Source: Geosiphon pyriformis uo1
Taxonomy: Eukaryota > Fungi > Glomeromycota
Assembly: GCA_016748015.1 (NCBI GenBank)
Contig: JAAOMT010000697.1
Location: 1,247,308 to 1,311,307, forward strand
Direction: 5' to 3'
DNA: 64,000 nucleotides
Shown here: positions 41,928 to 54,500 of the stretch, piece by piece
Numbering within the stretch: position 1 is the stretch's first letter
Layout: each line of letters begins with the position of its first letter
The notes under the pieces: generated by a model
Told to the model about the DNA's origin: nothing
The model's input: only the letters and a program-made list of their open reading frames with translations
Database searches by the model: none
Position numbers and translations under genes: made by a program

Positions 41928-44900
41928 TATATAAAATATTATTAAGCATTGTTCATATATGTTAAAGCAGTATTTTGACATTTCTTATGAGGAAAGGTGA
42001 TTCTCTTCCAAATGAATGAACATTTTTAAAATGATATTGTTATTTCGATTAAAATTAAATTGGCATGTGGGATATGAAAAAATCAGAATGAAATTTAAGC
42101 ATTTAAAATTCTGATAATCTATATAGTTATTTTAGAAATCTCAAAATTTAAAGGGCATAAAGAAACCTGTAATGAAATAATGACATTAAAAAAATAGGCT
42201 AAAACTCTGTAATTTAGAGAATTAAATAAATATTCTCAACACAAAACCGTTCTAATTGGAAGTTTTTTGGTAACTCCAAAGAATAAAGTATTGAGAATTT
42301 CTCATGTTTTTATCAAGCCTAAAAGAAAGCCAAAGGTCTCGGAATCAGTCAAATTAAAAGCAAAAATTTGAGAGAAAAAGCATCCTTAAATGCTCTTCTA
42401 AATATTTGAAAGCAACGCGTATTTTCTTTGAATATTTAAAAAATAGATGCCTAACATTTATTTTTGTATAGCATGAAAAATTTGATTTATAGTCAAAAAC
42501 TGACTGAACTATAATCAAAAGGCAAGGAATAAGCAAAAAAATAAAAGTTTCCATTTGTGAAAAACAGAAATAAATTATTTCCAATAGTCGAACTACCGAG
42601 AAAAAAAATTCACTTTTCGCGCAGCCAAATATTTCCTTCGTGAAAAGTCTAATGTTAAGAAAACGATTTAATGATAAATCTGAAATAAATTCCAAAAAAA
42701 TTCAAATTAAAGTTAAGCTTAAATCAATTTTTATATTTCCTAAAGAACCTATAATAGCTGTTGTCAGCTTTTGATGTACAAAAACGGAAAAAAAATTTTT
42801 TCTTCATAAATTGATATTTTTATTAAACTAACTATTTTTTGTTTTTGCTTTACTATCAGAATTTTAAATTAAAATTACTTTTTTGTCATATATTAATTTA
42901 TTGGAAAAATAAGATTATTAGCATTTGCAAAAAAATATCCATTCTCAATCGAAAATAAGTGTGCTATTTTGTGATGATTACTTACCTGTGGTTTTTTCTT
43001 TCTGCATCCATTTATATCTGTCTCCTTTCCATTGAGAGAGATTTCGGGTGTGCTTATGGCACAAATTATCAAATAATTTAGACCCAAGTTCTCTTTCCTA
43101 TTTAACATAGCTAATCAAAATACGTATCTTTTTGCAGCTACCAGAAAGAAGAGGTCTTTTGATACGGGTTTTATATCCTCAATATATGAAAATCTAAAAC
43201 AATTTTCTAATCAAGTCAAGTTTGTGTTGTTTTTTACATTACATGTTGTCTCAATTTCTCAATTGATATTTGAGTTGATTAAAAATGGCTTTAACTAAAA
43301 ATTGTAATCATTAATAATTTTACTTTGTAAATTAGAAGCATCTTATAAATTTCATTTTCAAAATAATTATTGTAAAAACAGTAATAAAATATTTGTAGTT
43401 GCAACTAAATTATGCATTTAAAATTTCTGATTATACTTAGATAAAAAATTCAAACGTATATTTAGAGTTTTGGTATTTTGTTCCAAGTATAATAGCTAAT
43501 AAAAAAAATGTTTCTTCATGGATAAAATACTGAAATTCAAAAAATATATATGCAGCCCTTCATAATTTATTAAGTATAATTAAAAATATTTATTTTTTTG
43601 AAATTTTAAATACTTATTTTATTTTTTTAAAATTAAAATTTTCTATTATAAAAATTTTTATCATGACAAAAATTAATAAACCCAAAATTTTATAAATTTG
43701 CATAAAGTTTGCAGAGGCGGAATTTATTAGTTTAAAATTTTTTATATAATTGTATTCATTATTTAATATTCCAATATATATTTATATATATAATAGTTAA
43801 TGATTATATTTTTAACATCAATAAAAAATCCTTCTTTGCTCAAATTTTTATCTGTTTTATTTAGATAAATAAAAGTGTCTTATAAAATTGCAAGTTAGAA
43901 TATCTCTTAAAAAAAACAAAAAGAATGATTAAAACAAAATTTGCAAGAAATGAAATATTTTTTATAATAACCAATATAGAATTCAGAATGTTATGCTATC
44001 TACATATTATTACTTATAAAAAACCAAAACAAAATTAAATTAATTATTTGAACAAAACTACTTGGCTATTTAGTTCGAATATTTCATTAATGCTAGATTA
44101 AAAATTGAATCAGAAAAGCCACATAGAATTGTTGTAAGATTTGATCTTCAATTTTTAGAACAGCAACTTTTTTGTTTTATTATTAAAATTATTAAAGATA
44201 AATTAATCTTCAATACTTAATTTCTATCTAACCATATATCATATGGTATTTTTTTTAATAAATAGTTTTATTTAGCAAATTTTTAGAAGAATTAATATAT
44301 TATCCAATTAAAATTTGTTATTAATACAATAATATTATTTTATAAAGAAAGTAAAAATTTCAAGATATTTATTTTTTAAACATAATTATTATTTTAAGTT
44401 TTAAAATGAATTAAATATTTAATAACTTTTATTTATATAAGATAATAGTTTTGCAATTGTTTTCGTCACATTGATTCTAATGAATCTAATAGTTCAAATT
44501 CATTTTTATTATTTAAATTTGATTCAAAAAAATTTGGTATTATTGCAACAGATCTTATTTTTTATAAATGTAAAAAAAATAGTCTTCATTAATTTAAGTT
44601 TTAAGTTGAAAATTTGGAATTATTTTCCTTATTAAGTTAAAAATAAAATAAAATAAAAATTATTTTTAATATTTGTAATAACTATAATTTAGTTAAATTT
44701 TACAATTAAAACTCATTTCTTTAGTTTATTAATAAGTAGTTTTAAATACAAAAGCAAAAAAAGAAATTTAATCATTGTAAATAAATTTGGTTTGTTAAGT
44801 TTTGAAGTTAAAAAAATACAAATTTGTTAAAGATAAATTAATCAAATTATTTTTGAAAAAATAATTATTAAAAAATAACCATTTAATTGTTTTTGATTGA

Positions 44901-45921
44901 TGTAAGAAAAAAATAATGTGTTATTGTGAATTTTTGAAAAATAAGCAATTTTTAAATTGCTTAAGAATTTATATAATTATACATACATCAGAACCGTTTT
45001 TCCCAATTTTTACTTTTAGCTGATTTTTATTATAATTAATATTTCAAATTATATAAATATATATTAGTTTTAATTGGCTATTGTCAAAATATATCAATAA
45101 TATAAAGTATTATTTTCTTTTGTATATTTAACTTTGTTAATTGAGAATCGTTTGTTTTAAATTTTAAAAAGTTTTATATTATTTTTCAACAATTATAAAT
45201 AAATTGTTAATAAGATAAATAAATAGTGAATTTTTGGTACCTCTTGAGAAATATTTGTGATACAAAAAAAATAGAATTTCGGTGTTGCGAATTATATTAA
45301 AACCAAAAAGCAAAAAACTGTAACATCTAAAGAATTTTAATGAAAAATTCCAAAGAATACATTTAGTTATTGTCTTAAATTTGAATTACATTAATACAAC
45401 AAAAATTCATATAAATATCTTTGAAAATTTTTGGATAAATTCAAATAACCTAAAAGATTTTGATTATTCAGTTTAAGTTAGCTTAATGAAAATTTGAACA
45501 TCATTTAATGTAAATATAATAATTTTAAATTAGATTGATAGATTACAACGTAATAAAATTAAAAGTACATCAAAAACGTTAAATCTAATTTCCGGAATAA
45601 AATACGTAATTTGTATTTGTGACAAAATAAATTAAGAATAATTATTTATTTTATATATAATTTTTAAAATATTGTAAATGTAAAATCTGATAAACAAAAA
45701 CAAATTATTTTTTTTGATTGTTTAAAAACTTTAAATTATAATATTTTTATTTTTATAATTAAAAATTTACTTATTAAATTTTATATTAAAATAACAATTT
45801 AGCCTTTGTGGCTTAATATATACGTACATGAATTCCGTCACACAAGATGAACAAAGTGATGGGTCAATTAGCATAAAATATTTCACAGTTGAAATAGATT
45901 TTTTATGTATCATTTTTCCAA

Positions 45922-46296
45922 ATGATGAGCAGCAAAAAGAAAACCATTGAAGGTAAAGCTGAAGCTAGTACTTTTGTGATAGTCAGTACTGATTCAACTA
46001 TAGAAAATAAAAGAAAAAAAATAGATGTGAACCAGGATTTTATAATCATTGACGTTAATATATGTGATGCATCTAACCCAAGCAAAATTCCCCTGAAATC
46101 AGAACTAACTCAAGGTAAAATAGACTTAGTACAAGTATTGTTTTTTGGAGAATCATTTATTGTTATCTATGAAAAAATAGCTTTCCTAGACCTTGACTTT
46201 TATGTTGGTAAATCTGCCAAAGAAGATGTGGACAAAGAGGAATTTAAGACTCCAGGTCAAGATATTGCTTCAACTACCCCAAACAAAAGACCATGA
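45922..46296 (+). CDS. Hypothetical protein or gene remnant (124 aa)
   Basis: Uninterrupted ATG ORF with higher GC than its flanks and ordinary amino-acid composition. No recognisable domain. Confidence 0.35.
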   Translation: MMSSKKKTIEGKAEASTFVIVSTDSTIENKRKKIDVNQDFIIIDVNICDASNPSKIPLKSELTQGKIDLVQVLFFGESFIVIYEKIAFLDLDFYVGKSAKEDVDKEEFKTPGQDIASTTPNKRP

Positions 46297-46639
46297 AAGA
46301 ATAATTATGTAATATTACTCTAAAAAGCATACAATTCTTCTTAAAAGGGAGTTTTAACATTAGTTGGGATCAAAAAAATTCATTTTTTGGAAAATAACAT
46401 TTACAGTTTACCACAAAAGTAACCGACACTTTATAACTTGTTACATGGTAAAATAAATAAATAAATTTTATTTGAAAGTGTAAAATGTTACTCTGATACT
46501 AATCAACTCAATTCTAGTCAAAGTTTTTATAATTTTTAATCTACTTCAAAGGTTTTTTTATGTTTGTCAGTTAGTAAAAAATTTGGAAAGTGTAGCATTA
46601 TACCTTCAGGTAAAAATTGTTGAATTGTGTCTACACTAT

Positions 46640-46800
46640 TTTCTTATTTCCCGTTGTATATCAGTGGCAGTTAGATAAATTTTTTTTTTTGCAAGCTATA
46701 CAATTTTGGCATCTTGTTTCGGGTTTGTGATTTGTTTTCAGCCAAATTTTGCTTAATCCCTAAAGTCTTTTGTTTCCTTCCATCTTTTAACCTAAAGAAG
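46640..46800 (-). pseudogene. Tc1/mariner transposase N-terminal fragment
   Basis: VKRWKETKDFRD*AKFG*KQITNPKQDAKIV*LAKKK...TATDIQ resembles the Tc1 GRPR/HTH region. Confidence 0.5.
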
Positions 46801-47755
46801 TACTGTAAGCTATCAAAACATTCCTAGTATAAATGTCAATGAGACTTCCTCATTTAAATAGCTTTAATATCATTTGTTGATGTATTTAGAATTCGATATT
46901 ATTCAAATCTTTAGATCTTTCCAATTTAAATCAAAATATAACCAAGTTCAAATTAAAGAATTATAGATTATTTCTCTTAAATTCACAACAAAATAATTCT
47001 TTTGTTCATGTAAAAATATACTTTAATTTAATCAATTCCAAATTTCACCTAACCCAAATTTGTTTAGTGTTTATTGAATCTATAGAAAGATGTTTTAAAA
47101 TATAAAGCAACAAATATTTTAAATAAGCAAATAGTTCTTAGTAGCAAATAACATATTTTAAATAATGAGTGAGATATTTTAATGAAAAGGCAAGAATTAT
47201 AACAGTTAAAGCAATTGACCACTAAAAAAATAATATTGATTAAAGAAATATATATGAATTAATTATCTTTGTGTTTTAATTCCGATTGAATCTGAGTGCT
47301 GCAAAAAAGTAAATTAGTTTCAATAAATTAAATAAGATACTCAGTATCTATTTAAATAAAATTAACGAGATTTAATGAATTGTAAAAATATGACAAAACA
47401 TATTTATTCTTTCTTTCTATTTAATCTTAACATTTTAATATTTAACATGACAATACTTTAATATGAAAATGGCCACTAATTGAATTTATTAATTTATCCG
47501 AAATATTAAATTTTCTATCAAACATATTTATACATAAAATTTTTGAAAATAAAATGCTTTACAGTCAATAATACTCATATTCAAAAATAAAGGTAAAACT
47601 TCTTTTAAAAATAAAACTATATATGATAGTCTATATTATATATAAATCTAAATATAAATAAAAAACCGATTCCTTCTCCAATTTTTCATTTGTTTCATTA
47701 TTAAAGTGCTTACTGATTTTATAAGACACACATGTATTAATTCATCATTGCTAAT

Positions 47756-49785
47756 TTAATCAATTCCCAAATCCAAATCCAACTCTAAAAAAGGTGTTTA
47801 GAGCCAAGCTTTTAAATAAAAAATATAATAAATGAAATACTTACCATTTGTAGAAAATCTTGGTTTTAAAATTAACAGGCTTCTATATCTTGTCCTATCT
47901 CGAATAGCATCTTGGGTCTTTTCAAGTTGATTTAAGTTACAATGATCATGAGCAGCAATAACACTTTGTTGGAATTGTTCTGTGGTATCACAATAATATG
48001 GATCATATTGCCAATTTTTTTCAATCATTTCCGAATACATAAAGGTATATATTACATGAAATGATAGCAAAGCTGTATATATTGCTATACTTAGTATGAT
48101 AATTCCCCTTGGAAATTTCAGGCACAAGATACTCAAGAACACTATAAATCTTTTCAGAATGTAGAACGTAATTTGCTGAATGACAGAGTCCAAGATCAGA
48201 GATGACAACTTTTAAGAAATTTGTTTTCAAAACAAAGATATTTCCAAGATGCAAGTCTTCATGCACCAGTTTTTATTCATGGATAAATCATAGACCACCA
48301 GCGATTTGAAAAAGAATATGAAGAAACATGTCCCAAATAAGAATATTTTTATTTAACTTGAGAAAAGCTCTCAAATTCTTGTGTTCTACAAATGGGAAAA
48401 CCATAACATATTTATTGGTTATGATGTCTTTTGTAATCCCATAGTATTCAAAGATGTATTTGCAAGTGGCATTTTAATGATGTGCAATAAACTACACAAA
48501 TATAGTTTAGTGTTAGAAAAAGGTAATAAAAATCACATAGATTCTTAAAATGAAATATCTTATCTGAATTAATATATCTTATATTCTGGCTATCTTTGAG
48601 ATACTTCAAAGCAATCTTTGTAACCCCAGTTTGTTCATACTTTTGACTTTTCTTTTTTCAAAATAGAATTTTGTCTCTCTTCCAACTACTTTTTTTAACA
48701 ATACCAAATCCTCTCTCTCTCACCTTATCTAAAAATTCAATTTCATTGGGAGAAATCCATTCTAGGCAGCCTCTGCAGTTTTTAAAAGAGCGTTGTATAT
48801 ATGAAATATACTGATTAATTGTATTACTTCTACTATTTTATGTTCTTCAAATCTTAACAAATTGTAAATTTTTACAAAATTTACACCAAAGCAGATTTTT
48901 TGATGTTTTATAACATTCTAAAGGTCATGAACATTTAATTCAAGAAAATCACTTTGATAACATAGGTTATTTGCTTCTGCTGCTTTTAAATAGAATTTAA
49001 ATGCTTTTTCGAGTTTTTTGTTGTTCCTCATCTATTTTGATAACACTATCTAAGGTTATATTGTGCAGTTTGATTTCCTGTTTCTGCTGTTTTTAAATAG
49101 AATTGAAATGTTTCTTCTAAAATTTTTACTATTTCCCATCCCTTTCGATGATACGTTCCAATACTGGTTTGTGGATTTGGATTTCCCACTTTTTTCAGAT
49201 CTTCTGTTGTTTCTAATTGATTTTGGTGATATGCTCTAAGAGCGATTTATCCAAATAAATCTCTCACCTTTACTGCTTTTGAACAAAGTTCAAATGCTTT
49301 TTCTGAATTTCTCGTTGTTTCTTCTCTATTATCATAACAAACTGCAAGATTGTATTGTGCATTTAAATATCCCACTTCTGCAGCTTTTGAATAAAGTTCA
49401 AATGCTTTTTCTGAATCTTTTGTTATTCCTCTTCTATTATCATAATAAAGTACAAGATTGTATTGTGCAAGAGAATCTTTTGCATTTGCTGCTTTCTGGT
49501 ATTCTAAAATGCTTTTGTTAAATTAGGGATAGTTCCAATTCCATGTTTTAAAAAAAAATCGAGTAAAATATTGTCTATCGAATGCTTTGAATTTTTCTTA
49601 TTCAAGCAATTGAACAAATTTTCAGATGTTTTCTGATTGCACACAAGATATTTTTTCACTAATTCAGCAACTTTTGAATATTCAATAACTGGAAAAATGG
49701 CCAAATTTTCTTTGATACCAATCAATGTTTTTTTAAGCCAGTCAAGGATTAAAGTTGCGTTTTCAGTTGATGAATTTGAAGACAT
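47756..49785 (-). pseudogene. Sel1-repeat - kinase pseudogene, copy A2 (paralog of A1, ~5-6 repeats)
   Basis: MSSNSSTENATLILDW...NILLDFFLKHGIGTIPNLTKAF aligns to A1. Kinase HEDLHLGNI, ISDLGLC, EYLVPEI, NIYSFAII. Terminal intron GTAAGT...TTTAG then ELDLDLGID*. About 400 bp upstream is also similar to the A1 upstream region. Confidence 0.92.
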
Positions 49786-50714
49786 GATTTCAACCAAAAC
49801 AAGAAGACTATTAAGTCTTGAATATTTTATATGAGTAAAGAAGGAGTTTGTCTTGCTAATAAATAAGGATTTTAACCTCTAATTACATTCCTGAAAAGGC
49901 TAAGCCTTGAAGAAATTAGAAATGTTGGAAAAGTTCTGAAAACACACAACCCCTCAGCCAGATTGATTAAATGGGTAGAGATTGTCTGAGAACTCAAATG
50001 TCACTGTTTTATTGCTATTTTAATTTAAATGAAATTTTTTTGTATAACAATTGAAATGCCGCCTTCAAAAAAAATTCTTAATATTAAGAAAAGGTATATC
50101 ACTCTACTTTATCAATGATAAACTTTAATAACAAATTTAAAGTAATTTCTTTGGCTTTCACTGGTGTAAATTTTATTTTGGATTTTTGGTGTATTGATAC
50201 ACCAATTTAATTAAACATTGTTTAGACACTGTTTAATGAATTTTATCCTGAAAAAATCTTTATTTCAATGAGAATGCGTGAAATTTAAATTAATTATTTC
50301 AAGAAAATCACATTATTAAAAACTGAAATATTTGCCAAATTTTTGTTTTAGTTCACTTTGAATTGGACAATAATATTTATTAAAATTATTTTAACATATA
50401 AATAATAAAAATAAAAAATATAAGAGTAAATGTGTTAAAATACACATCAAAAAATAATTGATCTGTTGTATTTTGGCAACTAAAATTAAATCTGAAAAGT
50501 TGACAAAAGATTGTTTATATTATAAAAATATAAAACTAAATTTATGGTGATATATTATTTTTATTAATTAATACTCTTGAATTAAAAATAAATTGAAATT
50601 TATTACTTTTAAAGATAATTTAAAAAACAAAAAAAACTTATAAAAATTCAAAAATTATTGAGTAATCATTTAAATGGCTTGAAATATTTTTGCTTTAATA
50701 ACTACAATTTATTT

Positions 50715-51005
50715 ATAAATAAACTGTTTTTTATTCAGTTTAATTACTTATTAATGTTTTTATCTGGTTTATTGTTATATAAATTTGTGTTAGTAAATTT
50801 TTTTCATATTGTTAATACAAGTTATAAATAAAACATAAATCGGCTTTTTGTAAAATTTATTTTAAAATCAAATTTTAGACTTGAGTTTTTACAGTTAATT
50901 AACCAGGTAATTTGAGCACATAACAATAAACTAACCAACCAAATTAAACAATAAATTAAAACATTAAAGTTTTGTTAAAGCCAAAAAAAACAGTTTATAA
51001 TATAA
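50715..51005. mobile_element. Fold-back/MITE-like element with long imperfect inverted arms
   Basis: Three nested inverted pairs: ATAAACTGTTTTTT (50719) / AAAAAACAGTTTAT (50985), TTAATGTTTT / AAAACATTAA, and GTTTATTGTTAT / ATAACAATAAAC. No clear TSD. Confidence 0.55.
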
Positions 51006-52199
51006 AGTCAAATGATTTAAAACTTTAACACTATTTTTGCATATAAAATTAATTATCGGGTCAATGTTTTATTTACAAGTTTTTAAAATAAACAATAAAA
51101 TTACAAATCAACTAGTTTAATATAACAGCAATAATTTTAATAAAGATATTTGAGAACATTTTTTGATGTTATCAAAAAAATGTGATAATAAAGCTTAAAA
51201 AATTATATTTTGTAAATTAACAAAAATTTTAAACTATTTCTATTATGGCAATATATTTTATAATTTTTTTATACACATATAAAATTTTAAAAATATTATA
51301 AATTGAAATAAAAAATTTATTAAAATTAAGCATTTTATGTAAACGACAACAAAAATTAATAATCAAATTAAAAATTGTTTTTTTTAATTAATTTTTAAAA
51401 CTATTGAACATTAATTGTTAGAATTCTAAAAAAACATTTTTTTTTACTTGATACCAAGTATAGATCTTGTTTTTAATTAATTTTAATTATATTGGGTATT
51501 TATTATATTAATTTTGAAAATATTTTATTTTATTAAAATAATAATTATTTTTAAATACTAAAAATATTTTTTGTTATAAAATTAAATATCTGTTTATTGA
51601 ATAATAAATTTAAAATTTATATGTTAATTAATTGATTACTCCAATAATTTTAAAATAATTGAATTTTTCAATATTGAGATTTTTTGGTTGATAAATTTTT
51701 TATATTTATTGTTGCAATTGCTTTTATTAAATTAAATAACAAATAATTGAGGAAGAAGAGAACAGCCAAAATATTTTAATAGAAATCTAATCTGAGAGCC
51801 GAAAGAGATAGGTTTATTTGTGAATGATTTATATTGTATGCATGCTAATTTTGCTGTAAAAAAAGGTCGAAAAGTCAAAATAGTGAAAAGTTAACTCAGT
51901 TATGAAAGCAGTTTCTCAAATTTTTCTTTTCTGATAAGAGGAAAAAGGGTTTTTAACTGTTTAAAAAATAAAGCCGGAGTTTATCCAGCCCAAAGAATTC
52001 CTTGCACAGAAAAAAATGACAAACTACATTTATTATTATATATAAAAAATGTTTTTACTGGTTTTTTACATAATGTTTTTTTAAAAGAAATTTATATAGT
52101 AATGATAAAAAATTTGTAGCAAATTCTTAAAAAAGTTTTTTTTTTATTAAATAATAGTCTTTTAAAAAATTATTATACATATTATAAATTGGAAATAAT

Positions 52200-52235
52200 T
52201 CTGGGTGGCTGGTCACGTGTAGAAAACGCATAATA
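52200..52235 (+). mobile_element. Isolated LINE 3' UTR motif
   Basis: CTGGGTGGCTGGTCACGTGTAGAAAACGCAT matches CTGAGTGGCTAGTCACATGTAAAAAATGCAT at 3029-3059. Confidence 0.7.
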
Positions 52236-53699
52236 TTAAATTTTGTTATTAAGAACAATTTAGAAAGCATTTTTTTTTTTTGAAATTTAATAAGTACAAA
52301 ATAATCTTTCGTTATTTTTAAATAATCTTTGTTAAACTTAAGCCCTAAACTAATTCATTATTATTGATAATATGTTATAATCTATTAGTTTTGCGCAAAA
52401 ATAGTAATGTTCATAAAATTGTTTAAGACATATTATTCACATAACACATATTATATATAAGTTAATAAAATTAAGCTAAGCTTTAAAAATTTTGGCTCAA
52501 ATTCAGCTTGAGCTCAACTTATTTGAGCTTTGTACCAAACTAATTTGGCTCTTTTAAAGTTTCAGGCAAACAAACCTTTATTTTTTGAATATACAATAAT
52601 GTTATTTAAATAGAACAAAATATTTTATTTATTAATTATTAAAAAACAAAAAAAAACATTGTTAATATAAATAATATAATTATGTGTTTATGAGTATTAT
52701 AAAAACAGTTCTTTGTTAACTTTTAAATCTATTTTATTCATTAAATTGTTTAAGATTAAAGATAAAAAAATTAGTTTATGTTTTTATAATAATACTTTGT
52801 AAACAAATGTGGCTTTAATTAAATTAAAAAGAAAATAGAAAAAACAATTTAACTTTTAATAATAATACTGTTTTGTCAAATTGTAAAAAAATGAAAAAAA
52901 ATAATTAAAAAATGTAATATTTTTAAAATTTATAAATTCGCAAAAGCCAATATATATCATATTTTATGTTTTAAATTTAGTTAACTAAACTTATTTTTTT
53001 GTTTAAATCTAAGTAATTTTGTATAGCATAGTTTTAATTGAGTAAAATTATAAAAAATACACAATTTATATTAATATTTAACCATTATTAATAAATACAT
53101 GTATATAATTATTTCAAAATATTTTAAAATTTAACCAATAATTTTAAAGCTAATCTTTAACAATTTAAGTTTAATAATTAAGATATAAATAGCTATAATT
53201 TAATTGAAATCAATTTAATATTTTTGAAAAATAAGAAACTTGCTCTTATAATTTTTTAAATAAACAAATATTAAAATTATAACAGCTGTATTATTTTTAT
53301 TACCAATTGTAAATTATTCTCTCTATTTTTAGATTTTTTTGAAAAAATTAACAACTATAATTTTAAGACCAATTATATTAATTTATATTCTACTTTTATT
53401 CATTATTTTTAGTCTTTAGATATTTTTAAGAATAAATACTTTTATTTTATTCTATTTAGTCAATTATCCATAAACAGAGAAAGGCTAAAGCAGAGTATAT
53501 TTTACATAATACCAATTACTGATGTATAATTATATTACAAGAGAGAATATATAGTTAATCAATAATTTATAAGAACATGTATTTTATTTGTTAATTTTTT
53601 TAAAGAGCTTTTTGTGTTTTTTTTTAACAAATTTTACTGTTTTTTGATGAGTTTTAATCGTGTTTTTAATCTTAATAATAAATACTTCTAAGCCTAATA

Positions 53700-54500
53700 T
53701 CTATATAAGCCCTAAATTTACTCTAACAACAAGTTGAAATGCTCTGAAATTTTTTGAATCTTGGTCAAAAGAAGAAACAGTTAAGTATTACTCTCTGGTA
53801 GTTATTGTTAATACTATTAAGAAATATGTTAATATATTAAGTCTTGGTAATTCTGCTCAAAATTTAGAAAAAAAAAAGTCGCAAACATCAAATATAAATT
53901 TTATAGACCTATAAAAACTTATTTTATTGGTATTATTAATTTAGAACAAGATATTTTGGAGATTATATTATATCTAAGTAATCAAAAATATTATACTAAA
54001 TTGTATTGTATTTCTCACCAGTTTTTGAGGTGTTTCCTAGCTCTATTTAAGATATTGTTTTTACACATTCCAAAAACTTTGGTGTCATAAATAGTTAACT
54101 CTAATAGATTTTACACACAAAATCAATAAATATAACTGGTATCTTTTTACATTATATGTTTGAAATAGATATAAATGTTGAAATATTAGTGTATATTTTT
54201 TGTATACAATAAAAATAATAAAACTATTACTGTAGCATTATAAATCATTGAAAAAAGTGTTTTTAGTAAATACTTTAGTATTTTTTTTAGATCAAAGTAG
54301 TACTAAAGCAAATAGTATTAAACAAGTTTTTTTTGGTTTTTTTAGTAAGCAAAAATTTAAAATATTTTTCTTTATTATTTATGTCATATAAACATAGATA
54401 TTAAAAATTTATGATAAAAAACTTATAAAACTATGGTTTAGACAATACACAAAAGAACAAAAATTGGCTGTAAATAACTATTTTAAAATATTACTAATTA
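53700..54500 (+). pseudogene. Mutator/MULE transposase remnant (DDE core)
   Basis: LIDFTHKINKYNWYLFTLYV (54101, cf. MULE DxTHKTNRYDW.LFTL), FLDQSSTKANSIKQVF, and YVI*T*ILKIYDKK...IHKRTKIGC. Confidence 0.75.
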
